From assembly GCA_032718475.1 (NCBI GenBank), contig JAUCBJ010001096.1, positions 1-64,000 of the forward strand: DNA of 64,000 nt, given 5' to 3'. The DNA comes from Nemertoderma westbladi. Lineage: Eukaryota > Animalia > Xenacoelomorpha. The notes beneath the pieces are model-generated. The model did no database searches. It saw only the letters and a list, made by a program, of their open reading frames with translations, and was not told where the DNA came from. A program made the translations under genes and the position numbers. Of the stretch, positions 12,401 to 27,400 are shown piece after piece (position 1 is the first letter of the stretch; each line of letters opens with the position of its first letter).

Positions 12401-15400
12401 CTCTTTCACAGTTGTATGTCTATTCCGTATGCAATAACTAACTTTCACTTTCACAGTTGTATGGCTATTCCGTATGCAATAACTAACCTTCTCTTTCACA
12501 GTTGTATGTCTATTCCGTATACAATAACTATTTTTCTCTTTCACAGTTGTATGTCTATTCCGTATGCAATAACTAACTTTCACTTTCACAGTTGTATGGC
12601 TATTCCGTATGCAATAACTAACCTTCTCTTTCACAGTTGTATGGCTATTCCGTATGCAATAACTAACTTTCACTTTCACAGTTGTATGGCTATTCCGTAT
12701 GCAATAACTAACCTTCTCTTTCACAGTTGTATGGCTATTCCGTATGCAATAACTAACTTTCACTTTCACAGTTGTATGGCTATTCCGTATACAATAACTA
12801 TTTTTCTCTTTCACAGTTGTATGGCTATTCCGTATGCAATAACTAACTTTCACTTTCACAGTTGTATGGCTATTCCGTATACAATAACTATTTTTCTCTT
12901 TCACAGTTGTATGGCTATTCCGTATGCAATAACTAACTTTCACTTTCACAGTTGTATGGCTATTCCGTATACAATAACTATTTTTCTCTTTCACAGTTGT
13001 ATGGCTATTCCGTATGCAATAACTATTTTTCTCTTTCACAGTTGTATGTCTATTCCGTATGCAATAACTAACTTTCACTTTCACAGTTGTATGGCTATTC
13101 CGTATGCAATAACTAACCTTCTCTTTCACAGTTGTATGTCTATTCCGTATACAATAACTATTTTTCTCTTTCACAGTTGTATGTCTATTCCGTATGCAAT
13201 AACTAACTTTCACTTTCACAGTTGTATGGCTATTCCGTATGCAATAACTAACCTTCTCTTTCACAGTTGTATGGCTATTCCGTATACAATAACTATTTTT
13301 CTCTTTCACAGTTGTATGGCTATTCCGTATGCAATAACTATTTTTCTCTTTCACAGTTGTATGTCTATTCCGTATGCAATAACTAACTTTCACTTTCACA
13401 GTTGTATGGCTATTCCGTATGCAATAACTAACCTTCTCTTTCACAGTTGTATGGCTATTCCGTATACAATAACTATTTTTCTCTTTCACAGTTGTATGTC
13501 TATTCCGTATGCAATAACTAACTTTCACTTTCACAGTTGTATGGCTATTCCGTATGCAATAACTAACCTTCTCTTTCACAGTTGTATGGCTATTCCGTAT
13601 ACAATAACTATTTTTCTCTTTCACAGTTGTATGTCTATTCCGTATGCAATAACTATTTTTCTCTTTCACAGTTGTATGTCTATTCCGTATACAATAACTA
13701 TTTTTCTCTTTCACAGTTGTATGGCTATTCCGTATACAATAACTATTTTTCTCTTTCACAGTTGTATGGCTATTCCGTATGCAATAACTAACTTTCTCTT
13801 TCACAGTTGTATGGCTATTCCGTATGCAATAACTAACTTTCACTTTCACAGTTGTATGTCTATTCCGTATACAATAACTAACTTTCACTTTCACAGTTGT
13901 ATGTCTATTCCGTATGCAATAACTATTTTTCTCTTTCACAGTTGTATGGCTATTCCGTATGCAATAACTAACTTTCTCTTTCACAGTTGTATAGCTATTC
14001 CGTATGCAATAACTATTTTTCTCTTTCACAGTTGTATGTATGGCTATTCCGTATACAATAACTATTTTTCTCTTTCACAGTTGTATGTATGTCTATTCCG
14101 TATACAATAACTATTTTTCTCTTTCACAGTTGTATGGCTATTCCGTATGCAATAACTAACTTTCTCTTTCACAGTTGTATGGCTATTCCGTATGCAATAA
14201 CTAACTTTCACTTTCACAGTTGTATGGCTATTCCGTATACAATAACTAACTTTCTCTTTCACAGTTGTATGTCTATTCCGTATGCAATAACTATTTTTCT
14301 CTTTCACAGTTGTATGGCTATTCCGTATGCAATAACTAACTTTCACTATCACAGTTGTATGGCTATTCCGTATACAATAACTAACTTTCACTTTCACAGT
14401 TGTATGGCTATTCCGTATGCAATAACTAACTTTCACTTTCACAGTTGTATGGCTATTCCGTATACAATAACTAACTTTCTCTTTCACAGTTGTATGTCTA
14501 TTCCGTATGCAATAACTATTTTTCTCTTTCACAGTTGTATGGCTATTCCGTATGCAATAACTATTTTTCTCTTTCACAGTTGTATGGCTATTCCGTATGC
14601 AATAACTATTTTTCTCTTTCACAGTTGTATGGCTATTCCGTATACAATAACTATTTTTCTCTTTCACAGTTGTATGGCTATTCCCTATGCAATAACTATT
14701 TTTCTCTTTCACAGTTGTATGTCTATTCCGTATGCAATAACTATTTTTCTCTTTCACAGTTGTATGGCTATTCCGTATGCAATAACTATTTTTCTCTTTC
14801 ACAGTTGTATGGCTATTCCGTATGCAATAACTATTTTTCTCTTTCACAGTTGTATTGCTATTCCGTATGCAATAACTAACTTTCATTTTCACAGTTGTAT
14901 GGCTATTCCGTATGCCATAACTAACTTTCACTATCACAGTTGTATGGCTATTCCGTATACAATAACTAACTTTCACTTTCACAGTTGTATGGCTATTCCG
15001 TATGCAATAACTAACTTTCACTTTCACAGTTGTATGGCTATTCCGTATACAATAACTAACTTTCTCTTTCACAGTTGTATGTCTATTCCGTATGCAATAA
15101 CTATTTTTCTCTTTCACAGTTGTATGGCTATTCCGTATGCAATAACTATTTTTCTCTTTCACAGTTGTATGGCTATTCCGTATGCAATAACTATTTTTCT
15201 CTTTCACAGTTGTATGGCTATTCCGTATACAATAACTATTTTTCTCTTTCACAGTTGTATGGCTATTCCCTATGCAATAACTATTTTTCTCTTTCACAGT
15301 TGTATGTCTATTCCGTATGTAATAACTAACTTTCACTTTCACAGTTGTGTGGCTATTCCGTATACAATAACTAACTTTCACTTTCACAGTTGTATGTCTA

Positions 15401-18400
15401 TTCCGTATGCAATAACTAACCTTCTCTTTCACAGTTGTATGGCTATTCCGTATACAATAACTATTTTTCTCTTTCACAGTTGTATGTCTATTCCGTATAC
15501 AATAACTATTTTTCTCTTTCACAGTTGTATGGCTATTCCGTATGCAATAACTAACTTTCTCTTTCACAGTTGTATGGCTATTCCGTATGCAATAACTAAC
15601 TTTCACTTTCACAGTTGTATGTCTATTCCGTATACAATAACTAACTTTCACTTTCACAGTTGTATGTCTATTCCGTATGCAATAACTATTTTTCTCTTTC
15701 ACAGTTGTATGGCTATTCCGTATGCAATAACTAACTTTCACTTTCACAGTTGTATGTCTATTCCGTATACAATAACTAACTTTCACTTTCACAGTTGTAT
15801 GTCTATTCCGTATGCAATAACTATTTTTCTCTTTCACAGTTGTATGTCTATTCCGTATACAATAACTATTTTTCTCTTTCACAGTTGTATGTATGGCTAT
15901 TCCGTATACAATAACTATTTTTCTCTTTCACAGTTGTATGTATGTCTATTCCGTATACAATAACTATTTTTCTCTTTCACAGTTGTATGGCTATTCCGTA
16001 TGCAATAACTAACTTTCTCTTTCACAGTTGTATGGCTATTCCGTATGCAATAACTAACTTTCTCTTTCACAGTTGTATGGCTATTCCGTATGCAATAACT
16101 AACTTTCACTTTCACAGTTGTATGTCTATTCCGTATACAATAACTAACTTTCACTTTCACAGTTGTATGGCTATTCCGTATGCAATAACTATTTTTCTCT
16201 TTCACAGTTGTATGGCTATTCCGTATGCAATAACTAACTTTCACTTTCACAGTTGTATGGCTATTCCGTATGCAATAACTATTTTTCTCTTTCACAGTTG
16301 TATGGCTATTCCGTATGCAATAACTAACTTTCACTTTCACAGTTATATGGCTATTCCGTATGCAATAACTATTTTTCTCTTTCACAGTTGTATGGCTATT
16401 CCGTATGCAATAACTAACTTTCACTTTCACAGTTGTATGGCTATTCCGTATGCAATAACTATTTTTCTCTTTCACAGTTGTATGGCTATTCCGTATGCAA
16501 TAACTATTTTTCTCTTTCACAGTTGTATGTATGGCTATTCCGTATGCAATAACTAACTTTCTCTTTCACAGTTGTATGGCTATTCCGTATGCAATAACTA
16601 TTTTTCTCTTTCACAGTTGTATGGCTATTCCGTATGCAATAACTATTTTTCTCTTTCACAGTTGTATGGCTATTCCGTATGCAATAACTAACTTTCACTA
16701 TCACAGTTGTATGGCTATTCCGTATACAATAACTAACTTTCACTTTCACAGTTGTATGGCTATTCCGTATGCAATAACTAACTTTCACTATCACAGTTGT
16801 ATGGCTATTCCGTATACAATAACTAACTTTCACTTTCACAGTTGTATGGCTATTCCGTATGCAATAACTAACTTTCACTATCACAGTTGTATGGCTATTC
16901 CGTATACAATAACTAACTTTCACTTTCACAGTTGTATGGCTATTCCGTATACAATAACTAACTTTCACTTTCACAGTTGTATGGCTATTCCGTATGCAAT
17001 AACTAACTTTCACTATCACAGTTGTATGGCTATTCCGTATACAATAACTAACTTTCACTTTCACAGTTGTATGGCTATTCCGTATGCAATAACTAACTTT
17101 CACTATCACAGTTGTATGGCTATTCCGTATACAATAACTAACTTTCACTTTCACAGTTGTATGGCTATTCCGTATGCAATAACTAACTTTCACTATCACA
17201 GTTGTATGGCTATTCCGTATACAATAACTAACTTTCACTTTCACAGTTGTATGGCTATTCCGTATGCAATAACTAACTTTCACTATCACAGTTGTATGGC
17301 TATTCCGTATACAATAACTAACTTTCACTTTCACAGTTGTATGGCTATTCCGTATGCAATAACTAACTTTCACTATCACAGTTGTATGGCTATTCCGTAT
17401 ACAATAACTAACTTTCACTTTCACAGTTGTATGGCTATTCCGTATGCAATAACTATTTTTCTCTTTCACAGTTGTATGGCTATTCCGTATGCAATAACTA
17501 TTTTTCTCTTTCACAGTTGTATGTATGGCTATTCCGTATGCAATAACTAACTTTCACTTTCACAGTTGTATGTCTATTCCGTATGCAATAACTAACTTTC
17601 TCTTTCACAGTTGTATGGCTATTCCGTATGCAATAACTATTTTTCTCTTTCACAGTTGTATGGCTATTCCGTATGCAATAACTATTTTTCTCTTTCACAG
17701 TTGTATGGCTATTCCGTATGCAATAACTAACTTTCTCTTTCACAGTTGTATGGCTATTCCGTATGCAATAACTATTTTTCTCTTTCACAGTTGTATGGCT
17801 ATTCCGTATGCAATAACTATTTTTCTCTTTCACAGTTGTATGGCTATTCCGTATGCAATAACTAACTTTCACTTTCACAGTTGTATGGCTATTCCGTATA
17901 CAATAACTAACTTTCTCTTTCACAGTTGTATGTATGGCTATTCCGTATGCAATAACTAACTTTCTCTTTCACAGTTGTATGGCTATTCCGTATGCAATAA
18001 CTATTTTTCTCTTTCACAGTTGTATGGCTATTCCGTATGCAATAACTATTTTTCTCTTTCACAGTTGTATGTATGGCTATTCCGTATGCAATAACTAACT
18101 TTCTCTTTCACAGTTGTATGGCTATTCCGTATGCAATAACTATTTTTCTCTTTCACAGTTGTATGGCTATTCCGTATGCAATAACTATTTTTCTCTTTCA
18201 CAGTTGTATGGCTATTCCGTATGCAATAACTAACTTTCACTATCACAGTTGTATGGCTATTCCGTATACAATAACTAACTTTCACTTTCACAGTTGTATG
18301 GCTATTCCGTATGCAATAACTAACTTTCACTTTCACAGTTGTATGGCTATTCCGTATGCAATAACTATTTTTCTCTTTCACAGTTGTATGGCTATTCCGT

Positions 18401-21400
18401 ATGCAATAACTATTTTTCTCTTTCACAGTTGTATGTATGGCTATTCCGTATGCAATAACTAACTTTCTCTTTCACAGTTGTATGGCTATTCCGTATGCAA
18501 TAACTAACTTTCACTATCACAGTTGTATGGCTATTCCGTATACAATAACTAACTTTCACTTTCACAGTTGTATGGCTATTCCGTATGCAATAACTAACTT
18601 TCACTTTCACAGTTGTATGGCTATTCCGTATACAATAACTATTTTTCTCTTTCACAGTTGTATGTCTATTCCGTATGCAATAACTATTTTTCTCTTTCAC
18701 AGTTGTATGGCTATTCCGTATGCAATAACTAACTTTCACTTTCACAGTTGTATGGCTATTCCGTATGCAATAACTAACTTTCACTTTCACAGTTGTATGG
18801 CTATTCCGTATACAATAACTAACTTTCACTTTCACAGTTGTATGGCTATTCCGTATGCAATAACTAACTTTCACTTTCACAGTTGTATGGCTATTCCGTA
18901 TGCAATAACTATTTTTCTCTTTCACAGTTGTATGGCTATTCCGTATGCAATAACTATTTTTCTCTTTCACAGTTGTATGTATGGCTATTCCGTATGCAAT
19001 AACTAACTTTCTCTTTCACAGTTGTATGGCTATTCCGTATGCAATAACTATTTTTCTCTTTCACAGTTGTATGGCTATTCCGTATGCAATAACTATTTTT
19101 CTCTTTCACAGTTGTATGGCTATTCCGTATGCAATAACTAACTTTCACTATCACAGTTGTATGGCTATTCCGTATACAATAACTAACTTTCACTTTCACA
19201 GTTGTATGGCTATTCCGTATGCAATAACTAACTTTCACTTTCACAGTTGTATGGCTATTCCGTATACAATAACTATTTTTCTCTTTCACAGTTGTATGTC
19301 TATTCCGTATGCAATAACTATTTTTCTCTTTCACAGTTGTATGGCTATTCCGTATGCAATAACTAACTTTCACTTTCACAGTTGTATGGCTATTCCGTAT
19401 GCAATAACTAACTTTCACTTTCACAGTTGTATGTCTATTCCGTATACAATAACTATTTTTCTCTTTCACAGTTGTATGTCTATTCCGTATGCAATAACTA
19501 TTTTTCTCTTTCACAGTTGTATGGCTATTCCGTATGCAATAACTAACTTTCACTTTCACAGTTGTATGGCTATTCCGTATGCAATAACTAACTTTCACTT
19601 TCACAGTTGTATGGCTATTCCGTATGCAATAACTAACTTTCACTTTCACAGTTGTATGGCTATTCCGTATGCAATAACTAACTTTCACTTTCACAGTTGT
19701 ATGGCTATTCCGTATGCAATAACTATTTTTCTCTTTCACAGTTGTATGTATGGCTATTCCGTATGCAATAACTAACTTTCTCTTTCACAGTTGTATGGCT
19801 ATTCCGTATGCAATAACTATTTTTCTCTTTCACAGTTGTATGTATGGCTATTCCGTATGCAATAACTAACTTTCTCTTTCACAGTTGTATGGCTATTCCG
19901 TATGCAATAACTATTTTTCTCTTTCACAGTTGTATGGCTATTCCGTATGCAATAACTAACTTTCACTATCACAGTTGTATGGCTATTACGTATGCAATAA
20001 CTATTTTTCTCTTTCACAGTTGTATGTATGGCTATTCCGTATGCAATAACTAACTTTCTCTTTCACAGTTGTATGGCTATTCCGTATGCAATAACTATTT
20101 TTCTCTTTCACAGTTGTATGTATGGCTATTCCGTATGCAATAACTAACTTTCTCTTTCACAGTTGTATGGCTATTCCGTATGCAATAACTAACTTTCACT
20201 TTCACAGTTGTATGGCTATTCCGTATGCAATAACTATTTTTCTCTTTCACAGTTGTATGTATGGCTATTCCGTATGCAATAACTAACTTTCTCTTTCACA
20301 GTTGTATGGCTATTCCGTATGCAATAACTATTTTTCTCTTTCACAGTTGTATGTATGGCTATTCCGTATGCAATAACTAACTTTCTCTTTCACAGTTGTA
20401 TGGCTATTCCGTATGCAATAACTAACTTTCACTATCACAGTTGTATGGCTATTACGTATGCAATAACTAACTTTCACTTTCACAGTTGTATGTCTATTCC
20501 GTATACAATAACTAACTTTCACTTTCACAGTTGTATGGCTATTCCGTATGCAATAACTAACTTTCACTTTCACAGTTGTATGGCTATTCCGTATACAATA
20601 ACTATTTTTCTCTTTCACAGTTGTATGTCTATTCCGTATGCAATAACTATTTTTCTCTTTCACAGTTGTATGGCTATTCCGTATGCAATAACTAACTTTC
20701 ACTTTCACAGTTGTATGGCTATTCCGTATGCAATAACTAACTTTCACTTTCACAGTTGTATGGCTATTCCGTATGCAATAACTATTTTTCTCTTTCACAG
20801 TTGTATGGCTATTCCGTATGCAATAACTATTTTTCTCTTTCACAGTTGTATGGCTATTCCGTATGCAATAACTAACTTTCACTTTCACAGTTGTATGGCT
20901 ATTCCGTATGCAATAACTAACTTTCACTTTCACAGTTGTATGTCTATTCCGTATGCAATAACTAACTTTCACTTTCACAGTTGTATGGCTATTCCGTATG
21001 CAATAACTATTTTTCTCTTTCACAGTTGTATGGCTATTCCGTATGCAATAACTAACTTTCACTTTCACAGTTGTATGGCTATTCCGTATGCAATAACTAT
21101 TTTTCTCTTTCACAGTTGTATGGCTATTCCGTATGCAATAACTAACTTTCACTTTCACAGTTGTATGGCTATTCCGTATGCAATAACTATTTTTCTCTTT
21201 CACAGTTGTATGGCTATTCCGTATGCAATAACTAACTTTCACTTTCACAGTTGTATGGCTATTCCGTATGCAATAACTAACTTTCACTTTCACAGTTGTA
21301 TGGCTATTCCGTATGCAATAACTAACTTTCACTTTCACAGTTGTATGGCTATTCCGTATGCAATAACTAACTTTCACTTTCACAGTTGTATGGCTATTCC

Positions 21401-24400
21401 GTATACAATAACTATTTTTCTCTTTCACAGTTGTATGGCTATTCCGTATGCAATAACTATTTTTCTCTTTCACAGTTGTATGGCTATTCCGTATGCAATA
21501 ACTAACTTTCACTTTCACAGTTGTATGTCTATTCCGTATGCAATAACTATTTTTCTCTTTCACAGTTGTATGGCTATTCCGTATGCAATAACTAACTTTC
21601 ACTTTCACAGTTGTATGGCTATTCCGTATGCAATAACTAACTTTCACTTTCACAGTTGTATGGCTATTCCGTATGCAATAACTAACTTTCACTTTCACAG
21701 TTGTATGGCTATTCCGTATGCAATAACTATTTTTCTCTTTCACAGTTGTATGGCTATTCCGTATGCAATAACTAACTTTCACTTTCACAGTTGTATGGCT
21801 ATTCCGTATGCAATAACTAACTTTCACTTTCACAGTTGTATGGCTATTCCGTATGCAATAACTATTTTTCTCTTTCACAGTTGTATGGCTATTCCGTATG
21901 CAATAACTAACTTTCACTTTCACAGTTGTATGGCTATTCCGTATGCAATAACTATTTTTCTCTTTCACAGTTGTATGGCTATTCCGTATGCAATAACTAA
22001 CTTTCACTTTCACAGTTGTATGGCTATTCCGTATGCAATAACTAACTTTCACTTTCACAGTTGTATGTCTATTCCGTATGCAATAACTATTTTTCTCTTT
22101 CACAGTTGTATGGCTATTCCGTATGCAATAACTAACTTTCACTTTCACAGTTGTATGGCTATTCCGTATGCAATAACTAACTTTCACTTTCACAGTTGTA
22201 TGGCTATTCCGTATGCAATAACTAACTTTCACTTTCACAGTTGTATGGCTATTCCGTATGCAATAACTAACTTTCACTTTCACAGTTGTATGGCTATTCC
22301 GTATGCAATAACTAACTTTCACTTTCACAGTTGTATGGCTATTCCGTATGCAATAACTAACTTTCACTTTCACAGTTGTATGGCTATTCCGTATGCAATA
22401 ACTAACTTTCACTTTCACAGTTGTATGGCTATTCCGTATGCAATAACTAACTTTCACTTTCACAGTTGTATGGCTATTCCGTATGCAATAACTAACTTTC
22501 ACTTTCACAGTTGTATGGCTATTCCGTATGCAATAACTATTTTTCTCTTTCACAGTTGTATGGCTATTCCGTATGCAATAACTATTTTTCTCTTTCACAG
22601 TTGTATGGCTATTCCGTATGCAATAACTATTTTTCTCTTTCACAGTTGTATGGCTATTCCGTATGCAATAACTAACTTTCACTTTCACAGTTGTATGGCT
22701 ATTCCGTATGCAATAACTAACTTTCACTTTCACAGTTGTATGGCTATTCCGTATGCAATAACTAACTTTCACTTTCACAGTTGTATGGCTATTCCGTATG
22801 CAATAACTAACTTTCACTTTCACAGTTGTATGGCTATTCCGTATGTAATAACTAACTTTCACTTTCACAGTTGTAAGGCTATTCCGTATGCAATAACTAA
22901 CTTTCACTTTCACAGTTATATGGCTATTCCGTATGCAATAACTAACTTTCACTTTCACAGTTGTATGGCTATTCCGTATGCAATAACTATTTTTCTCTTT
23001 CACAGTTGTATGGCTATTCCGTATGCAATAACTAACTTTCACTTTCACAGTTGTATGGCTATTCCGTATGCAATAACTAACTTTCACTTTCACAGTTGTA
23101 TGGCTATTCCGTATGCAATAACTAACTTTCACTTTCACAGTTGTATGGCTATTCCGTATGCAATAACTAACTTTCACTTTCACAGTTGTATGGCTATTCC
23201 GTATGCAATAACTAACTTTCACTTTCACAGTTGTATGGCTATTCCGTATACAATAACTAACTTTCACTTTCACAGTTGTATGGCTATTCCGTATGCAATA
23301 ACTATTTTTCTCTTTCACAGTTGTATGGCTATTCCGTATGCAATAACTAACTTTCACTTTCACAGTTATATGGCTATTCCGTATGCAATAACTATTTTTC
23401 TCTTTCACAGTTGTATGGCTATTCCGTATGCAATAACTAACTTTCACTTTCACAGTTGTATGGCTATTCCGTATGTAATAACTAACTTTCACTTTCACAG
23501 TTGTAAGGCTATTCCGTATGCAATAACTAACTTTCACTTTCACAGTTATATGGCTATTCCGTATGCAATAACTATTTTTCTCTTTCACAGTTGTAAGGCT
23601 ATTCCGTATGCAATAACTAACTTTCACTTTCACAGTTATATGGCTATTCCGTATGCAATAACTAACTTTCACTTTCACAGTTGTATGTATGGCTATTCCG
23701 TATGCAATAACTAACTTTCACTTTCACAGTTGTATGGCTATTCCGTATGCAATAACTAACTTTCACTTTCACAGTTGTATGGCTATTCCGTATGCAATAA
23801 CTAACTTTCACTTTCACAGTTGTATGGCTATTCCGTATGCAATAACTAACTTTCACTTTCACAGTTGTATGGCTATTCCGTATGCAATAACTAACTTTCA
23901 CTTTCACAGTTGTATGGCTATTCCGTATGCAATAACTAACTTTCACTTTCACAGTTGTATGGCTATTCCGTATGCAATAACTAACTTTCACTTTCAGAGT
24001 TGTATGGCTATTCCGTATGCAATAACTAACTTTCACTTTCACAGTTGTATGGCTATTCCGTATGCAATAACTAACTTTCACTTTCAGAGTTGTATGGCTA
24101 TTCCGTATGCAATAACTAACTTTCACTTTCACAGTTGTATGGCTATTCCGTATGCAATAACTATTTTTCTCTTTCACAGTTGTATGGCTATTCCGTATGC
24201 AATAACTAACTTTCACTTTCACAGTTGTATGGCTATTCCGTATGCAATAACTAACTTTCACTTTCACAGTTGTATGGCTATTCCGTATGCAATAACTAAC
24301 TTTCACTTTCACAGTTATATGGCTATTCCGTATGCAATAACTAACTTTCACTTTCACAGTTGTATGGCTATTCCGTATGCAATAACTAACTTTCACTTTC

Positions 24401-27400
24401 ACAGTTGTATGGCTATTCCGTATGCAATAACTAACTTTCACTTTCACAGTTGTATGGCTATTCCGTATGCAATAACTATTTTTCTCTTTCACAGTTGTAT
24501 AACTATTCCGTATGCAATAACTAACTTTCACTTTCACAGTTGTATAACTATTCCGTATGCAATAACTAACTTTCACTTTCACAGTTGTATGGCTATTCCG
24601 TATGCAATAACTATTTTTCTCTTTCACAGTTGTATGGCTATTCCGTATGCAATAACTAACTTTCACTTTCACAGTTGTATGGCTATTCCGTATGCAATAA
24701 CTATTTTTCTCTTTCACAGTTGTATGGCTATTCCGTATGCAATAACTAACTTTCACTTTCACAGTTGTATGGCTATTCCGTATGCAATAACTATTTTTCT
24801 CTCTCACAGTTGTATGGCTATTCCGTATGCAATAACTAACTTTCACTTTCACAGTTGTATGGCTATTCCGTATGCAATAACTATTTTTCTCTTTCACAGT
24901 TGTATGGCTATTCCGTATGCAATAACTAACTTTCACTTTCACAGTTGTATGGCTATTCCGTATGCAATAACTAACTTTCTCTTTCACAGTTGTATGGCTA
25001 TTCCGTATGCAATAACTAACTTTCACTTTCACAGTTGTATGGCTATTCCGTATGCAATAACTAACCTTCTCTTTCACAGTTGTATGGCTATTCCGTATGC
25101 AATAACTAACCTTCTCTTTCACAGTTGTATGGCTATTCCGTATGCAATAACTAACCTTCTCTTTCACAGTTGTATGGCTATTCCGTATGCAATAACTAAC
25201 CTTCTCTTTCACAGTTGTATGGCTATTCCGTATGCAATAACTAACTTTCACTTTCACAGTTGTATGGCTATTCCGTATGCAATAACTAACCTTCTCTTTC
25301 ACAGTTGTATGGCTATTCCGTATGCAATAACTATTTTTCTCTTTCACAGTTGTATGGCTATTCCGTATGCAATAACTAACTTTCACTTTCACAGTTGTAT
25401 GGCTATTCCGTATGCAATAACTAACCTTCTCTTTCACAGTTGTATGGCTATTCCGTATGCAATAACTAACTTTCACTTTCACAGTTGTATGGCTATTCCG
25501 TATGCAATAACTAACTTTCACTTTCACAGTTGTATGGCTATTCCGTATACAATAACTAACCTTCTCTTTCACAGTTGTATGTCTATTCCGTATGCAATAA
25601 CTATTTTTCTCTTTCACAGTTGTATGGCTATTCCGTATGCAATAACTAACCTTCTCTTTCACAGTTGTATGGCTATTCCGTATGCAATAACTATTTTTCT
25701 CTTTCACAGTTGTATGGCTATTCCGTATGCAATAACTAACCTTCTCTTTCACAGTTGTATGGCTATTCCGTATGCAATAACTATTTTTCTCTTTCACAGT
25801 TGTATGGCTATTCCGTATGCAATAACTAACTTTCACTTTCACAGTTGTATGGCTATTCCGTATGCAATAACTATTTTTCTCTTTCACAGTTGTATGGCTA
25901 TTCCGTATACAATAACTATTTTTCTCTTTCACAGTTGTATGGCTATTCCGTATGCAATAACTATTTTTCTCTTTCACAGTTGTATGGCTATTCCGTATGC
26001 AATAACTAACCTTCTCTTTCACAGTTGTATGGCTATTCCGTATGCAATAACTATTTTTCTCTTTCACAGTTGTATGGCTATTCCGTATGCAATAACTAAC
26101 TTTCACTTTCACAGTTGTATGGCTATTCCGTATGCAATAACTATTTTTCTCTTTCACAGTTGTATGGCTATTCCGTATGCAATAACTATTTTTCTCTTTC
26201 ACAGTTGTATGGCTATTCCGTATGCAATAACTAACCTTCTCTTTCACAGTTGTATGTCTATTCCGTATGCAATAACTATTTTTCTCTTTCACAGTTGTAT
26301 GGCTATTCCGTATGCAATAACTATTTTTCTCTTTCACAGTTGTATGGCTATTCCGTATGCAATAACTAACTTTCACTTTCACAGTTGTATAACTATTCCG
26401 TATGCAATAACTAACTTTCACTTTCACAGTTGTATGGCTATTCCGTATGCAATAACTATTTTTCTCTTTCACAGTTGTATAACTATTCCGTATGCAATAA
26501 CTAACTTTCACTTTCACAGTTGTATAACTATTCCGTATGCAATAACTAACTTTCACTTTCACAGTTGTATGGCTATTCCGTATGCAATAACTAACTTTCA
26601 CTTTCACAGTTGTAAGGCTATTCCGTATGCAATAACTAACTTTCACTTTCACAGTTGTATGGCTATTCCGTATGCAATAACTATTTTTCTCTTTCACAGT
26701 TGTATGGCTATTCCGTATGCAATAACTAACTTTCACTTTCACAGTTGTATAACTATTCCGTATGCAATAACTAACTTTCACTTTCACAGTTGTATGGCTA
26801 TTCCGTATGCAATAACTAACTTTCACTTTCACAGTTGTATGGCTATTCCGTATGCAATAACTATTTTTCTCTTTCACAGTTGTATGGCTATTCCGTATGC
26901 AATAACTAACTTTCACTTTCACAGTTGTATGGCTATTCCGTATGCAATAACTAACTTTCACTTTCACAGTTGTATAACTATTCCGTATGCAATAACTAAC
27001 TTTCACTTTCACAGTTGTATGGCTATTCCGTATGCAATAACTATTTTTCTCTTTCACAGTTGTATAACTATTCCGTATGCATGCAATAACTAACTTTCAC
27101 TTTCACAGTTGTATGGCTATTCCGTATGCAATAACTAACCTTCACTTTCACAGTTGTATGGCTATTCCGTATGCAATAACTATTTTTCTCTTTCACAGTT
27201 GTATAACTATTCCGTATGCATGCAATAACTAACTTTCACTTTCACAGTTGTATGGCTATTCCGTATGCAATAACTATTCTTCTCTTTCACAGTTGTATGG
27301 CTATTCCGTATGCAATAACTAACTTTCACTTTCACAGTTGTATAACTATTCCGTATGCAATAACTAACTTTCACTTTCACAGTTGTATGGCTATTCCGTA